Source of the DNA: a virus
Taxonomy: Duplodnaviria > Caudoviricetes
Length of the DNA stretch: 63,015 bases
Virus record (IMG/VR): IMGVR_UViG_3300027983_000014
Location: 1 to 63,015 of that record
Reading direction: 5' to 3' (one strand)
Made by a program: the position numbers and the translations under genes. Each line of letters opens with the position of its first letter. Position 1 is the stretch's first letter. Below are positions 18,577-28,402 of the stretch, one piece after another. The notes under the pieces are model-generated. The model saw only the letters and a program-made list of their open reading frames with translations. It was not told where the DNA came from and did not search any database.

Positions 18577-19307
18577 TGGTGTCGATCAAACTAGATAAGT
18601 CCAAATTCCTTCGGAACCTTGCGGTGAATCGCAAGCTGGTCCCTCACATAGATAGCGCCTTGGCAAAGGGCGACTTTGTTTGGGAGTACAGCTACTCTCC
18701 TAAACAGGGAGACGACGCATGGCACCCCTCTGGAGATTGCACCCCCAGCCTTAATGAGCTTTTTTGGAAGGTCAAAGACCCAGAACCAGAAAAGATTGGT
18801 TTCGGTCTCTACAAGATCTTTCAGGTCGGCCACTTTTGGCACCAGTATCTCCAATGGATCGTCGAAAAGCAGTTAGAGTTCGCCGGACCAGAAGACATCG
18901 AGCGCAGCGGCAATAAGCGCTGGGGCGAAGGCCCGTTCCATTGGGCCAGAGGCTCTGGCGATATTGCCCCTTGTCGAATCCCCGAGCACGGCGACTATTG
19001 CGTTGACTTCAAGACGATGAACTCTTTCGACTACAAAAAGCAGGGCCTGCCGGATTGGTGCGCCGAAAAATACGAATGTCAGATCAACATCTACATGGAC
19101 TTCTTTGATCTAGATCAGGCGCTGATCGTAGGGATTCTAAAAGATTCGCCGCACGACATGAAGGAGTTCGAATTCAGACGAAACCAGCCACTTATCGATG
19201 CCATTTACCACAAATGGCACCTTGTGTCTGAATGTCTTGATCAGGGAGTGGAGCCACCGGAAAACGAAATCGTAGAGCTGCCCTTGCAGGGACCGGTAGC
19301 CCAATAA
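18576..19307 (+). CDS. PD-(D/E)XK (Cas4/RecB-like) exonuclease
   Basis: HPSG, GHFWH, GSGD, VDFKT, QINIYM. Confidence 0.75.
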   Translation: MVSIKLDKSKFLRNLAVNRKLVPHIDSALAKGDFVWEYSYSPKQGDDAWHPSGDCTPSLNELFWKVKDPEPEKIGFGLYKIFQVGHFWHQYLQWIVEKQLEFAGPEDIERSGNKRWGEGPFHWARGSGDIAPCRIPEHGDYCVDFKTMNSFDYKKQGLPDWCAEKYECQINIYMDFFDLDQALIVGILKDSPHDMKEFEFRRNQPLIDAIYHKWHLVSECLDQGVEPPENEIVELPLQGPVAQ

Positions 19308-19852
19308 TGATTGTGATAAGCTTTGACCCGGGTGCCGAGCGGATGGGCTATGCCGTTTTGGAACAGTCCAAAAATAAGGACATCAAAAAACTCGGGTACG
19401 GACAATTAGGAGTCCAACGACAACGTAATAAGCAGAATAAGCTAGAGGCCTATCACGCATACCGAATGCGGTTGATCGATTTTTGGCTTAAAGAAGCACC
19501 AATCCTGATTCGATCTTTCACCCCTGATATCGTCGTTAATGAAATCGTTCCGGTCGTAGGTGGCGGGAATTTTGTCGCGGCGACACAAAGCCAATTGGCC
19601 GGAACCGCCATCACCATTGTCCAAGCAGTCGCCAAGCAGTACGATTTGCCAGTGTCGCAAATCGGGGCCACCACAGTAAAGGCTAAGATCGGTGGAGGTA
19701 AAAAGGCTACAAAAGTAGCCGTTAGAAACGGCGTCTTCAAAATCCTACCGGAACTTGAAGTGCATAAAAAAGAATGGACCAAAGTGTTTGACGTAAGCGA
19801 TGCGTTTGCCATTGGTTTAACCCACCTAGGATGTGACAATGGCCGGGAGTAA
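19307..19852 (+). CDS. RuvC-like Holliday junction resolvase
   Basis: ISFDPG..RMGYA, VVNE, VKAKIGGGKKATK, DVSDAFAIG. Confidence 0.85.
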   Translation: MIVISFDPGAERMGYAVLEQSKNKDIKKLGYGQLGVQRQRNKQNKLEAYHAYRMRLIDFWLKEAPILIRSFTPDIVVNEIVPVVGGGNFVAATQSQLAGTAITIVQAVAKQYDLPVSQIGATTVKAKIGGGKKATKVAVRNGVFKILPELEVHKKEWTKVFDVSDAFAIGLTHLGCDNGRE

Positions 19853-20234
19853 GAGCCTGCTGCTGGAGCCAATCCCTCCGCATAGAATTTTAAGAGAAGT
19901 ATACAGGCACTACATGGAGTACAAGGCGTGGGTCTCTAGCACCGGAGGGTCTGTCATTGATCATGGGTATTTCGTGTACAATGAAGACGGGACCATTAAA
20001 CAAAAGATCTCGGTCAGCATCTCGTTTTGGGATCTGCATGATGCACTTCACAAGCTTTCAAAGCGCAAGCGAGAGGCCGTTTTCTACAATGTCCTTCTCG
20101 ACTGGAAACAGCGCGACGTGGCCGACAAGATGGGGATCACCACGGTCAGCGTTGGGCAATATGTCGAGCAGGCCATGTTACAATTGAGTGAAAGATACTT
20201 TGCTGAGGAGTTTGAGCACGATGATGCGCCGTAA
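19839..20234 (+). CDS. Sigma-70 region-4-like HTH protein (candidate transcription regulator)
   Basis: ALHKLSKRKREAV...KQRDVADKMGITTVSVGQY..QA. Confidence 0.75.
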   Translation: MAGSKSLLLEPIPPHRILREVYRHYMEYKAWVSSTGGSVIDHGYFVYNEDGTIKQKISVSISFWDLHDALHKLSKRKREAVFYNVLLDWKQRDVADKMGITTVSVGQYVEQAMLQLSERYFAEEFEHDDAP

Positions 20235-20688
20235 GCCAGAACGAGTTTCAACCGAAATCATTCCGGGCCAAAAGTATACGCATGGACAACTTGACCTGAT
20301 AGCCGAACAGATTCTACGCGACGACGCCAAGTCAGAGCTTTGCAGAGAGTGCGAAACGCGAGGCGAGATCACTGGCGTTAATAAAACCGAGACTCAAAGC
20401 GCAACCGACGAAGAGGGTAATCGTCTCGTTCTCAACTTCCCAGAGTATGTTTGCGCAGAGGGCCACGCATGGTTTCAGGGGGAGGGGTCGGTTCGAGGCA
20501 TCGGGGGCGACAATCCGGTGCTGTTCGAAGAGCACCTTCAGTCAAGAAAGCGTCGCGAGATTTATACGACCGTCGGCACCCCGGATCCTAACATCGTGTC
20601 TGGGATGTATAATCGGACCCACCCCCAAGGTCGCAAAGTCAACAGCGCAGAACAGCGCAAGAAGAACGGCGCTAGCTATTTTCGTTAA
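20221..20688 (+). CDS. Hypothetical protein with CxxC...CxxxH motif
   Basis: ORF in operon; start uncertain. Confidence 0.65.
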   Translation: MMRRKPERVSTEIIPGQKYTHGQLDLIAEQILRDDAKSELCRECETRGEITGVNKTETQSATDEEGNRLVLNFPEYVCAEGHAWFQGEGSVRGIGGDNPVLFEEHLQSRKRREIYTTVGTPDPNIVSGMYNRTHPQGRKVNSAEQRKKNGASYFR

Positions 20689-20690
20689 AA

Positions 20691-21302
20691 ATGCCCAAAT
20701 TCGATAAATCTCAAACACCCGCCAGCGGTAAGGCGCCGGTCAAACGCGCCGCTGCACCCGGGATCACGGAATCAAGGTGCCACGTCTGTAAGTCCCAATA
20801 TCGCAAGGCGATTGATCGTATGATCGCCATGGGAACTTCTTATGTCGAGATCAGTCGCATTTTCTCTAACGAAGAAGAGACCATGGATCGAAGGTCCATC
20901 GCCAACCATGCCGAAAAACATCTGAATTACGAGGAAGCGGCTATCCGCCGAATCGTAGAACAAGAGGCCCAAGAGGCTCAGCAAAACGTAGAGGACGGCA
21001 TTCAGGGGGCGCTTACTCGCCGCGTCTATCTCAACGTCGGCCTACAGAAGGCGCTGGAAGCCCTGTTAACTGGCGAAGCCATGGTCGAACCGAAGGACGC
21101 TATTGCTATCATCCAGTTGCTAGACAAACTGGACAGTCAGTCTGAGGGGGCCGCCCTTGAGGAGATGCGAGTGCAGTTCCAAGCGTTTGTTCAGGCAATC
21201 AGAGAGCTGCTGCCGCCTGACAAGTGGCAGGCCATTTTGGATCGCACCAAAGAAATCTTGGCGAATAGTGACACCCCAATCCTCGAAACTTCAGATAGTT
21301 GA
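20691..21302 (+). CDS. Hypothetical protein (CxxC plus HTH-like)
   Basis: CHVC...IDRMI..G.SY.EISR...H..KH. Confidence 0.65.
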   Translation: MPKFDKSQTPASGKAPVKRAAAPGITESRCHVCKSQYRKAIDRMIAMGTSYVEISRIFSNEEETMDRRSIANHAEKHLNYEEAAIRRIVEQEAQEAQQNVEDGIQGALTRRVYLNVGLQKALEALLTGEAMVEPKDAIAIIQLLDKLDSQSEGAALEEMRVQFQAFVQAIRELLPPDKWQAILDRTKEILANSDTPILETSDS

Positions 21303-23184
21303 TGACGATCTTGTTCGTCGTTTAACCGACGATGAACAAGAGCGGGCGGTCTGGCTATTTCTGGAGCCGCACCTAGACTTTGACGGCCACTGGTACGTCA
21401 ACGCGTTTGATACGGCCTTTTACCTTGACCTGCACGAGGACGTGGGACCTTACAAGGTGATCTCTCCCAACAACCTAGGAGCTTTCTTGGGTCACTGCCA
21501 AGAGCTGGGATATCGGGTCGCCTTCTTTGAAGACCCGGCAACAATATTAGACACCTATGAAGGGCTGAACGATGCGCCAGAGGTTTCGGTAGAGTCGGAC
21601 ATGCCGGGAACCGTCAAAGGACTGTTCCCCTATCAGGTGCAAGGGTTCAACTTCCTCAAGGAGAAAAGCGGCGCGGTTGCGATGTGGAGCACAGGGACCG
21701 GCAAAACGGTTCTCGCATCGGCTCTTTTAAAATACCGCCTTGACCGTAAAGACTTCGACACGGCTTGGTTTGTCGTCAGGAGTCACAACAAGGTCAATAC
21801 GCAGAGGACCCTGAAGCGCCTTACCGGCATCGACAGCATAATCATCGACGGAGACAAGCGCAAACGCAAAAAGCTCTATGAGCAGATGTCAGAATCTGAC
21901 GAGCCGGTGGTGGTTATCACTAATTACGAAAAGTTTAGGGTAGACGAAGAGCTTTTGATCCCACTATTCGAAGGTCGCGTGTTTTGCATCTGGGACGAGA
22001 TGCCAACGAAACTGAAAACGCGCACAACGAAGCTATACAAGTCTGTGTGCTCTTGCCTTTACACCTGTAAGACCCCGCAGGTCAATGCGGAAAGGGTTCG
22101 CCCTGAGTCTCTTTACCAGCTCATGCTTTCGGCCACCCCAATTGAAAACGACCCGGAGGACTGGTTCAATTGTGTGCGTCTCCTCGACCCCACCGTTTAC
22201 GGCACGGTCAAAGACTTTCGAAACGAGTTTGTGGCCAGTTACAATTGGTTCGACCGCAGCAAGCCCGAGGTCTGGCACCGCCTTGACAAGATGGGGCTTA
22301 TGGCGTCTTCAATCTGTCATCAGGTTGATAAAACCGATCCTGACATCGCCTCTCAGTTCCCCGAGGTAATCGAAACCCCGGTCTATATCGACTGGGACGA
22401 AACAGACCGCAAGATCTACGACAAATTCGCTCAAGAAGTCGCCAAAGCTGACGATGACGAAATAAATGTCTTGGCCGCCATCGGCGTGATGCAGATGCTA
22501 TGTGACGCCCCTACGATGGTCAATAACTCCGCTGCCAGACGACAAGCCTTTGAGGAGGCGTATGAGGCCTTCCTAGAAGAAGGGGGCAAGATGCCTACTG
22601 TCACTGGTTCCGAGGCCGCCATGAGGCTCTTAACGGCGCTAGGAGGCAAGCTGACAGATGAAAGGCACAGCAAGCTGGAAACTCTTCGCCAACTAATCGT
22701 CGAAGACCACCCAAATGAGAAAATTGTGGTGTTCAGCGCGTTCAATGACGGCCTTATGCCGATCCTAGAGGCCAAGCTGACGGAATGGGAGGTTAGCTAT
22801 GTGCGCTATAACGGATCCCCCGACGAAAAGCAAGCCGCACACGACGCATTTTCCGCCGACCCTGACATCCAAGTATTCTTGTCGTCCGACGCAGGATCAG
22901 ACTCCATCAACCTTGAGCAGGCAAGTGTGGTAATCCACTACGACCTTCCGTGGAAATGGTCCACGCTAATTCAGCGCCAGAACCGTATCCATCGCGTCAC
23001 CTCCGGATTTCAGACGGTAACCTTCTACACTTTGCTGATGGCTAATTCAGTTGAAGACCGCAAGCTGGCCTTAGTCAATAGAAAGTTGGGCTATCACGAG
23101 GGGACCTTCAAGGGCGCCATCGCGGACCAATCAGCTTCGGCCCGCATGACCAAAGACGACCTGCTGTACATCCTTACGGGTTAG
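21268..23184 (+). CDS. SNF2-family helicase
   Basis: YQ, STGTGKT, TNYE, WDE, LSATPIEN, KIVVFS, SINL, YDLPW, QRQNRIHR; GTG start assumed. Confidence 0.88.
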   Translation: MTPQSSKLQIVDDDLVRRLTDDEQERAVWLFLEPHLDFDGHWYVNAFDTAFYLDLHEDVGPYKVISPNNLGAFLGHCQELGYRVAFFEDPATILDTYEGLNDAPEVSVESDMPGTVKGLFPYQVQGFNFLKEKSGAVAMWSTGTGKTVLASALLKYRLDRKDFDTAWFVVRSHNKVNTQRTLKRLTGIDSIIIDGDKRKRKKLYEQMSESDEPVVVITNYEKFRVDEELLIPLFEGRVFCIWDEMPTKLKTRTTKLYKSVCSCLYTCKTPQVNAERVRPESLYQLMLSATPIENDPEDWFNCVRLLDPTVYGTVKDFRNEFVASYNWFDRSKPEVWHRLDKMGLMASSICHQVDKTDPDIASQFPEVIETPVYIDWDETDRKIYDKFAQEVAKADDDEINVLAAIGVMQMLCDAPTMVNNSAARRQAFEEAYEAFLEEGGKMPTVTGSEAAMRLLTALGGKLTDERHSKLETLRQLIVEDHPNEKIVVFSAFNDGLMPILEAKLTEWEVSYVRYNGSPDEKQAAHDAFSADPDIQVFLSSDAGSDSINLEQASVVIHYDLPWKWSTLIQRQNRIHRVTSGFQTVTFYTLLMANSVEDRKLALVNRKLGYHEGTFKGAIADQSASARMTKDDLLYILTG

Positions 23185-23602
23185 ACAGATAGACCTGTTT
23201 GCGGGCGTATAGCTGTCGGCCTCGGCTGTCCCGAATTCGCAAAACTGCCTGCACGCTGTAGTGGCTGTTGATCCAAGTTGAATATTGGTGTGTAGCGGGA
23301 CTACCCCAGCCTTCGATGCCGTCTCCAAAGTCCCAGTGGTATTCTAAAATTGTTGCGTCTGACACCGACGCCGTGGCAGTAAAAGTGATCTCGGTGTTGA
23401 TGGGCGTATAATCATAATCAGTGGTATAGGTTTCCGATCCCACGGCGTAGGAATATGGGACCAGCGCCTCCGCATGCGAAACCTCAAATGAGACCTCTAC
23501 GTTTGGAGCCTTGGTCGGCCCCGTGAGAGACGGTAGGTCTGGCACGACCAAACTGCCACTGCGCGCCGAAAAGCTGAACGCGCCCTTGTCGTAAGCGGTC
23601 AT
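23174..23602 (-). CDS. PKD-domain virion protein
   Basis: ITFTA...YHWDFGDG...THQY...DSRG. Confidence 0.75.
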   Translation of the reverse strand: MTAYDKGAFSFSARSGSLVVPDLPSLTGPTKAPNVEVSFEVSHAEALVPYSYAVGSETYTTDYDYTPINTEITFTATASVSDATILEYHWDFGDGIEGWGSPATHQYSTWINSHYSVQAVLRIRDSRGRQLYARKQVYLSNP

Positions 23603-26466
23603 ACTATCGCCACCGTTGTTTGACTGGCATCTTGCCGCCCCTGATCGTCGGTTACGGTCAGGCTAACGTCGTAGGTTCCCGGCAGCTTGTAATAGTGTTT
23701 GACTTTAGGACCGAAATCGTTAGTGCCATCTCCGAATGACCAATACCAAGCGACATTGGTCCCGCCCGTATTTGAAGAGCCGGTGCCGTTGAACGTCGCG
23801 GTATTCCCACTGGCCGTCGCAGAGATGCTGGCGGCGGGTGATGTAGACGGAGGTTCGGGGTGGGCGTCTGGCCAATATAGACGACCAAGCTCTGAATACT
23901 TGGGAAGCGTCTTCACCTCTGTAACGAAGGAGTTTTGTCGCAAGGCCTTGCCTCGGATCTGCACCTCTTTGCCGCGCTCTTTGAAAACGGTCCCGCCATC
24001 AACGGTGTTAGTGGTGTTCTTAAACTCTGTCCATCCGTCTGGCGCCATCCCCCAAGGATCTGGACGGCGTGATCGACCGCCCCACTCAAGAGAGCGCGCT
24101 GTGATGGAGAACCTGTCGATGTACCATGTTGTATCAAGGGAGGGTAACGACTGTATGAGCATAAAACGGTAGTCGCCAGACTGCAAGAGGTCGTTCTTTA
24201 GAAAGAACTTGACCGTACGCCATTTGTCGGGCGCGGACCCGCCGATAGACAGGGGCACGATGCGTGCGTTTTCGCCATACAGAAATGCTTCTAGAGAGGA
24301 GCCGGGGGAGCTGACACTTGGGAAGAACAGGTCGAATGTTATTTCAGTGTGGCTGAAGTCGTCAACGACAAATTTGTTAGTTTGGATTCCTTGGTGGGGG
24401 CGCCCCGCTGATGTGACAACTTCGAACCCGTCTTTAGACGGAGTTTTGTCGCGGCTAGTCGTAACGGTTGTCCCGCCCCACGGAGCGGCCGCGATAGATT
24501 CAAATAGTCGCCTGTCCGAGGATCCGGCGACCTGTAACTGCGCTCCATCAACGGGGGTGATGCTTTGGAAGCCTTGGGTCACCACCTCACCATAAGACTG
24601 GGACCTTGGCTGGATGCTTGCCAGATAGGCATCGCCGTCGGCAAAATTGGCGTACCAACCGAACCGGCCTTTACGCCGTTTCAAAATTGCGTCATCAGTA
24701 ACCACGGTGCTGTCGAACACCTTGCCGTAGGCGTCTGGGTTGCCGAAGGACCCCGCTTCGTCTAGCCGGTATATGCGCGCCCTAATGCTGTTATTTTCAA
24801 GGTCAACGATCAAGTAGTAATGCCTGCTTGCCGACAAAGAAAACCCGGAGAAAGTCTGCCCGTCTCCGTTTGCATTTTGAATGGTCACGCTAGCATCGCC
24901 GGAATACCAAGTTAGCCTCACCTCAATGAAGAAATCAGACACATAGTCAGGAAGCCTCTCTATGTCAAACTGGGTGTCTCCATCCAAGGTTGCCTGTGTT
25001 TCAATGCTGAGGTCGGCTTGAGTTCTGGAGTTATACTTTGCTACGTCGTAGTCAAGCTGATTCCCAGCCGAATCTAATTCAGCCATCGTGGTCCCGTCGA
25101 CATCAAGCTGAGTTTGCAGATCTAGAGGGATTTCCCGAAAATAGAGTGAAATGCTGTTTTTGGCAGAATCGGTAGAAGCGCCTAGACCGAGTGCCCCCTC
25201 CACATGTTGGAAGGCCACAGAGTAGGTCCCGTCATGCGCATTGATCGAGTCGATTATGTTGGCGGCGCCCACTGCTTCATCCAGACGCCAGTAGCCCTCG
25301 GGAGAATCTAAAAGAACCTCGTCGTAATAGCGCCCCGGAATCGCCCGTGCCGTTTGATAATGCTGTCGTACTCGTCCCGCCGAAAGAGCACTGGGGTATA
25401 CGGCGACCTCATCGACGCTACCAAGAAAGCTGCTGGAGGCAATTTTCAAAGGTTGGCTTGTACTGGCAACGGCCTGATTAGAAACGGAGGTGGAACCTAC
25501 GTTTTCGCCGTTGTGATAAAAGGTAATCACAGTGCTGCCGGACACCGGTTTGTAAAAGGTGACGACGATATGATTCCACTCGCTAATCGTGATGATGTCG
25601 GTTTGGCTAACGGCTTGGTTTGGCGAGTTTCCATCTGTGGTCCAGTCGAAGACAATCTGTCCGTCGGCATCAAGAGACATTTGGTAGCCGCGCTGATCGG
25701 CAGCGACGTCCCACTTGGTGATAAGCGCTGCAAGTCCCTCAATGCTAGACGGATTGGCCCATATTTCCAAAGAAAAAGAGCCTGAAAAGTCTAGGGCGGC
25801 GTCATCCGGAACGCTAATGAAGTCTCCTGCCTCAATCGTAAAGGCGTAATCCTGATCGCCGGTTGCAGCAAGCAGCGAACCAGATGCAAAGGAGGCGCCC
25901 ACGGACATGTCGATGGGCATGGGGTCCTTTGAAGACGAAGGCTCGTCAGACCGATACAGAACTGGCCATTCGGAGACGCTGGATGGAAACTCGTACGGAT
26001 CGTAAAGCGCACCGTTAGGAGAAACGGGCCTAGAGGCCCTGTTGTACAGGGTGTTCATGTCAATCGGAGCGTGCACCCAATCGGCAGCGACGCAACGAAT
26101 GGCTGTGGCCCTAAAGGTGCATATGTCGGATGCCTCAATGCGAAACCGGATCCCTGTGACAGCAGATAGATCGATAGTCGCCAGAAGCGATAGCGAGAAA
26201 CGAAACTCGCTGTCACCAGCGATTAGACTGATGGTCGAGCTGCTAAAAGAGACGCTGTCTGTGGGTCCGGCATCAAAGTCTCCTTCAGGGTTTGAAGTGA
26301 GATCAACATAAGACAGCGCAGGGTCGATATCAGAAAGCGGGAAGTCCGGGCAGGCTATGCTGACGAAGTCTTCATCTGTAAACGAGGTGAGGTCGATCCC
26401 AACCACGCCCCCGGTCCCCGTGAAGGATAAAAGCGCTTGGGGATCTAAAACGATGACCTGAGTCAT
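23599..26466 (-). CDS. Large tail/receptor-binding protein with LamG (concanavalin-like) and C-terminal PKD domains
   Basis: FSLEIWANP...WNHIVVTF..FYHNG..GSVDEVAVY..ALS; WSFGDG...Y.LPGTYDVSLTVTD. Confidence 0.75.
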   Translation of the reverse strand: MTQVIVLDPQALLSFTGTGGVVGIDLTSFTDEDFVSIACPDFPLSDIDPALSYVDLTSNPEGDFDAGPTDSVSFSSSTISLIAGDSEFRFSLSLLATIDLSAVTGIRFRIEASDICTFRATAIRCVAADWVHAPIDMNTLYNRASRPVSPNGALYDPYEFPSSVSEWPVLYRSDEPSSSKDPMPIDMSVGASFASGSLLAATGDQDYAFTIEAGDFISVPDDAALDFSGSFSLEIWANPSSIEGLAALITKWDVAADQRGYQMSLDADGQIVFDWTTDGNSPNQAVSQTDIITISEWNHIVVTFYKPVSGSTVITFYHNGENVGSTSVSNQAVASTSQPLKIASSSFLGSVDEVAVYPSALSAGRVRQHYQTARAIPGRYYDEVLLDSPEGYWRLDEAVGAANIIDSINAHDGTYSVAFQHVEGALGLGASTDSAKNSISLYFREIPLDLQTQLDVDGTTMAELDSAGNQLDYDVAKYNSRTQADLSIETQATLDGDTQFDIERLPDYVSDFFIEVRLTWYSGDASVTIQNANGDGQTFSGFSLSASRHYYLIVDLENNSIRARIYRLDEAGSFGNPDAYGKVFDSTVVTDDAILKRRKGRFGWYANFADGDAYLASIQPRSQSYGEVVTQGFQSITPVDGAQLQVAGSSDRRLFESIAAAPWGGTTVTTSRDKTPSKDGFEVVTSAGRPHQGIQTNKFVVDDFSHTEITFDLFFPSVSSPGSSLEAFLYGENARIVPLSIGGSAPDKWRTVKFFLKNDLLQSGDYRFMLIQSLPSLDTTWYIDRFSITARSLEWGGRSRRPDPWGMAPDGWTEFKNTTNTVDGGTVFKERGKEVQIRGKALRQNSFVTEVKTLPKYSELGRLYWPDAHPEPPSTSPAASISATASGNTATFNGTGSSNTGGTNVAWYWSFGDGTNDFGPKVKHYYKLPGTYDVSLTVTDDQGRQDASQTTVAIV

Positions 26467-26468
26467 CG

Positions 26469-26876
26469 TTACGGCCTAAGGTTGCCGTACTGCTCGGGCA
26501 GGCTGTCTTCTTCGCTGATGTCTACGAAGTAGTCATCAGGGGTGTCGCCACGGACAAAGCCACACTCGGCGATAAGACCTCGCATGGTTTCATTAGCTGA
26601 GATGACCGCCAATTGAGTCGCCCCTTGATCACGCGCCCAACCGGGGAAGAACGCGGCAGCCGATTTGAAAACGCCCTGACGCTGCCGACTGTCCTCTAGC
26701 CAAAAGCTTAGCATGTAAAGGACGTCGTCTTTGCGCTTAATACAAATGTTGCCGACGGTTTTATTTTCGACCTTCCAGTCAATGTGGATAAAGCCGTTGT
26801 CTTCTTGGCGAACCGAGCTTTGAGCATCTTTGATGTGTTCTTCAGCCCAGCCTTCAAGTTCCGCGTGGCTGCTCAT
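26469..26876 (-). CDS. GNAT-like acetyltransferase
   Basis: Motif A-like FWLEDSRQRQGVF; ARDQGATQL...ECGF. Confidence 0.55.
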   Translation of the reverse strand: MSSHAELEGWAEEHIKDAQSSVRQEDNGFIHIDWKVENKTVGNICIKRKDDVLYMLSFWLEDSRQRQGVFKSAAAFFPGWARDQGATQLAVISANETMRGLIAECGFVRGDTPDDYFVDISEEDSLPEQYGNLRP

Positions 26877-28036
26877 AGGTTCCTAACTTTCATAATTTTA
26901 AGAACCCCAATGCTCAGCGAACGATTATCCCAGTGCGCAGAAGGGTTACCTGTCGTGGCAAAAGCGGTGTTAGCATCGGTCTCTGATTTAGTGACCGCTG
27001 TGGTAGAAGCATCCCCGTTGGAATCGACATAGGTTCGAGTGCCAGCATCCGTAGAACTACCAGAGCTGCCCGTATCCGACGCCCTGCTGTACCAGTTATA
27101 CGCACCGTTGTCGTTATTGTGCGATATCGTCTTGCCCGCGATACTGTGGGTGTGTCCGTAAACGCCGTGCGTGTGTGACATGTAATGAGAATGCGAAGAC
27201 ACCGTGTGCTGATGGGTCATCCCGTGCTGATGACCGCCCACGGTATGAGAATGAGACTGGTCTGTCGTATTCGAACCAGCTTGGCCGCCAACTCCCGGTC
27301 CGGTTGTCTCGCCAGCGACAGGATTATGGGTCCCATTAGCCCATCGTACTGAGGCGGCCACTGCGCCAATCGTAACGCGGTTAACTAGGTTTGGAATGTT
27401 GCCGCTTGAATAACCCAAATCGTTGACGATGTCCGACCAAGGGGATCCATCGCACAGCGCATAATCTGATGGTAACACAGAAGACCAAGGCGCAGAGGCC
27501 GACGCAGGGGGGAACCAATCTAAAATTGTGCCAAGAGGGACGATGGCGATACTGTCGTCGATCTTAGCGGAAGTGACAGCGTCATCTTCGATCTTTGCAG
27601 TCGTTACGGCACCAGCCGCAATCTCCGCTGTGTCAACAGCAAGAGCGTCGATCTTCTCAGTCGTAACAGCATCGGTCCCGAGCTTCGCGGCAGTAACCGC
27701 GCCCGTGTCAAGCTTAGCCGTGGTAATCGACCCGTCTTCAATCCACGCAGTATCAATGGAGCTGTCGCCCCCCGGGCTGGCCTCAAAGTAGTCGGTATAG
27801 ACTGGACGCCCCGGGATGGAGACCTCTAATTCATACGAGCCTCGATCTACCCAACCGTCGACGCGACCTGATGCGTCGGTAAGCAGTGGCTGAGTGCGTA
27901 CTGTGCCAGAAGAAGACGTCGTATAGACAACGGCAGCCAAACTGGTAAGGCGGTCCACCATTGACACTTGGGCGTCCTCTACCGGGTTGTAAGGTGAGAC
28001 CGGATTGAGGACTACTACTGGAATCTCGACGCGCAT
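26873..28036 (-). CDS. Tail fibre protein with collar domain and HxH metal-binding tip
   Basis: Repeats (A/S)(V/I)TxxK(L/I); VPLGTILDW...LCDG...PNL collar; HSH/HQH/HTH repeats. Confidence 0.8.
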   Translation of the reverse strand: MRVEIPVVVLNPVSPYNPVEDAQVSMVDRLTSLAAVVYTTSSSGTVRTQPLLTDASGRVDGWVDRGSYELEVSIPGRPVYTDYFEASPGGDSSIDTAWIEDGSITTAKLDTGAVTAAKLGTDAVTTEKIDALAVDTAEIAAGAVTTAKIEDDAVTSAKIDDSIAIVPLGTILDWFPPASASAPWSSVLPSDYALCDGSPWSDIVNDLGYSSGNIPNLVNRVTIGAVAASVRWANGTHNPVAGETTGPGVGGQAGSNTTDQSHSHTVGGHQHGMTHQHTVSSHSHYMSHTHGVYGHTHSIAGKTISHNNDNGAYNWYSRASDTGSSGSSTDAGTRTYVDSNGDASTTAVTKSETDANTAFATTGNPSAHWDNRSLSIGVLKIMKVRNL

Positions 28037-28402
28037 TTAGGCAGCCTTTAGTACTGATTGTGTTGTGTTGACACCAGCGACGCACGAAAGCTCTAGCCCG
28101 CTGATGTTGTTGCGGTCAACGTTTGTGCCCACTGTGCCCCGGGTCCACTGTTCGCCATACCGAACCGTTGTCGCTCCGGCCAAAGATCCGACCTGCTCTA
28201 GGTCTACAAGATTCATGCTTAGCAGGTCTAGATAAAGCATTGGGACCAAGGCGGTGACGTCTTCATTGATGAAGCTACGGATGTCGGCATGGGACTGTTT
28301 GTACAGTTGTCCTCTTTGAGATAGCGATGCCGCGTCGTAATTTCTGAAACGACCAGATTCGCTGTCAAAGTTTTCGCTTATAGAAATATCAGCTAGTTGC
28401 AT
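28037..28402 (-). CDS. Hypothetical virion protein (121 aa)
   Basis: Coupled ORF in the tail operon. Confidence 0.55.
   Translation of the reverse strand: MQLADISISENFDSESGRFRNYDAASLSQRGQLYKQSHADIRSFINEDVTALVPMLYLDLLSMNLVDLEQVGSLAGATTVRYGEQWTRGTVGTNVDRNNISGLELSCVAGVNTTQSVLKAA

Noticed and set aside
18576-19307. CRISPR-Cas system suggested by the Cas4-like gene
   Set aside because: No repeat-spacer array or other cas genes; solo Cas4-like nucleases are common in phages.
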